A stretch of 27,333 bases of DNA. It comes from an uncultured archaeon. Lineage in GTDB: Archaea > Asgardarchaeota > Lokiarchaeia > Sigyniarchaeales > SOKP01. The stretch lies in the NCBI GenBank assembly GCA_964388035.1, contig CAYLZE010000048.1:1-27333 (forward strand). The letters run 5' to 3'. Below the pieces are notes generated by a model. The model searched no databases and was not told the DNA's origin. It saw only the letters and a list, made by a program, of their open reading frames with translations. Below are positions 26,760 through 27,333 of this stretch, in pieces. The translations under genes were made by a program, and so were the position numbers. Within the stretch, counting starts at the first letter, position 1, and each line of letters begins with the position of its first letter.

Positions 26760-27333
26760 TTGAAATCAGAGGTATATTTTTTCACGGCAAGAACGGCTTC
26801 GAAAGATGAGAGCATGTCAAGCGTTAAGGGCCCTTTAGCTTTAGATAAATTGGGAATTAAGGACAAAGTAAAGCCAGGAGATAATGTCGTTATCAAAACG
26901 CATTTTGGGGCTTTAGAAAATGTGAGATATTTGAGACCCTCCTATTTACGCTTTTTATGCGATTATATTAAAGAATTGGAAGGAGTGCCCTATGTAGCAG
27001 AATCTTGTGGATGGGGTGCTCCCGAGAGTATCACGGGAAAACACACGGAATATAGTGGTAGAGGAAATGAAAGAGAGTACTTGGATGTAGCATTAAAGCA
27101 TGGTTTCACAGAAGAAACCATGGGAGCAAAACTTTTAATGCTTGATGGACCGGATGGAACGGATTTCGAACTACAACCCATAAGGGGGAAGAATTTTAAA
27201 GAGGTTTTAGTTGCCGGTCGATTAAGAGAATTCGATCATCTCATATTAGCTTCTCATTTCAAGGGTCATGCAGGGGCGGGTTTTGGAGGAGCAATAAAGA
27301 TCTTGGACACTACAAGTGGTAAGCATCTGCTTG
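26760..27333 (+). CDS. DUF362 domain protein (putative Fe-S protein), truncated by window end
   Basis: Absent from the ORF track. Manual translation from TTG 26760: MKSEVYFF...PGDNVVIKTHFG..ENVRYLRP...SGRGN...ALKHGF...DGPDG...ASHFKGHAGAGFGGAIK. Confidence 0.85.
   Translation, partial: MKSEVYFFTARTASKDESMSSVKGPLALDKLGIKDKVKPGDNVVIKTHFGALENVRYLRPSYLRFLCDYIKELEGVPYVAESCGWGAPESITGKHTEYSGRGNEREYLDVALKHGFTEETMGAKLLMLDGPDGTDFELQPIRGKNFKEVLVAGRLREFDHLILASHFKGHAGAGFGGAIKILDTTSGKHLL

Noticed and set aside
1-27333. CRISPR arrays, tRNA/rRNA genes, IS elements
   Set aside because: No regularly spaced repeats, GC-rich RNA-like segments or transposase motifs were seen by eye.

Overview
AT-rich archaeal chromosomal segment, most likely an Asgard archaeon of the Lokiarchaeia type. 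That placement is an inference from Cdc6/Orc1, a XerA-type recombinase, an FrhB-family protein, several TTG starts and TATA-like promoters. No rRNA, tRNA, CRISPR array or transposase was recognised. Left part, accessory metabolism and regulation: a sulfatase-like hydrolase with Thr at the nucleophile position, a PadR-TRASH regulator, an FrhB-family protein fused to a TrmB-like winged helix and preceded by a hairpin-rich leader, a D-threonine aldolase-like PLP enzyme, an Fe-S protein and a CPBP protease. Middle part, membrane and lipid-glycan genes: a Cwh43/PGAP2IP-like multi-TM EEP protein, a GPH-type MFS transporter, a sulfite-oxidase-family Mo enzyme fused to a cytochrome b-like domain, DUF998, a nitronate monooxygenase-like flavoprotein, two GT87-like glycosyltransferases, a C-terminally anchored exported protein and an STT3/AglB-like GT-C lacking WWDYG. 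Right part, core genes: a TrxR lacking the NADPH motifs, xerA, a perfect 13-5-13 inverted repeat, a membrane protein, cdc6/orc1 with an upstream ORB-like element, a Zn-ribbon protein and a truncated DUF362 gene. The best candidates for undescribed biology are a possible GPI-like/glycolipid pathway and the FrhB-TrmB fusion as a candidate F420-redox-sensing regulator. All family calls come from motif recognition by eye; no searches were run.
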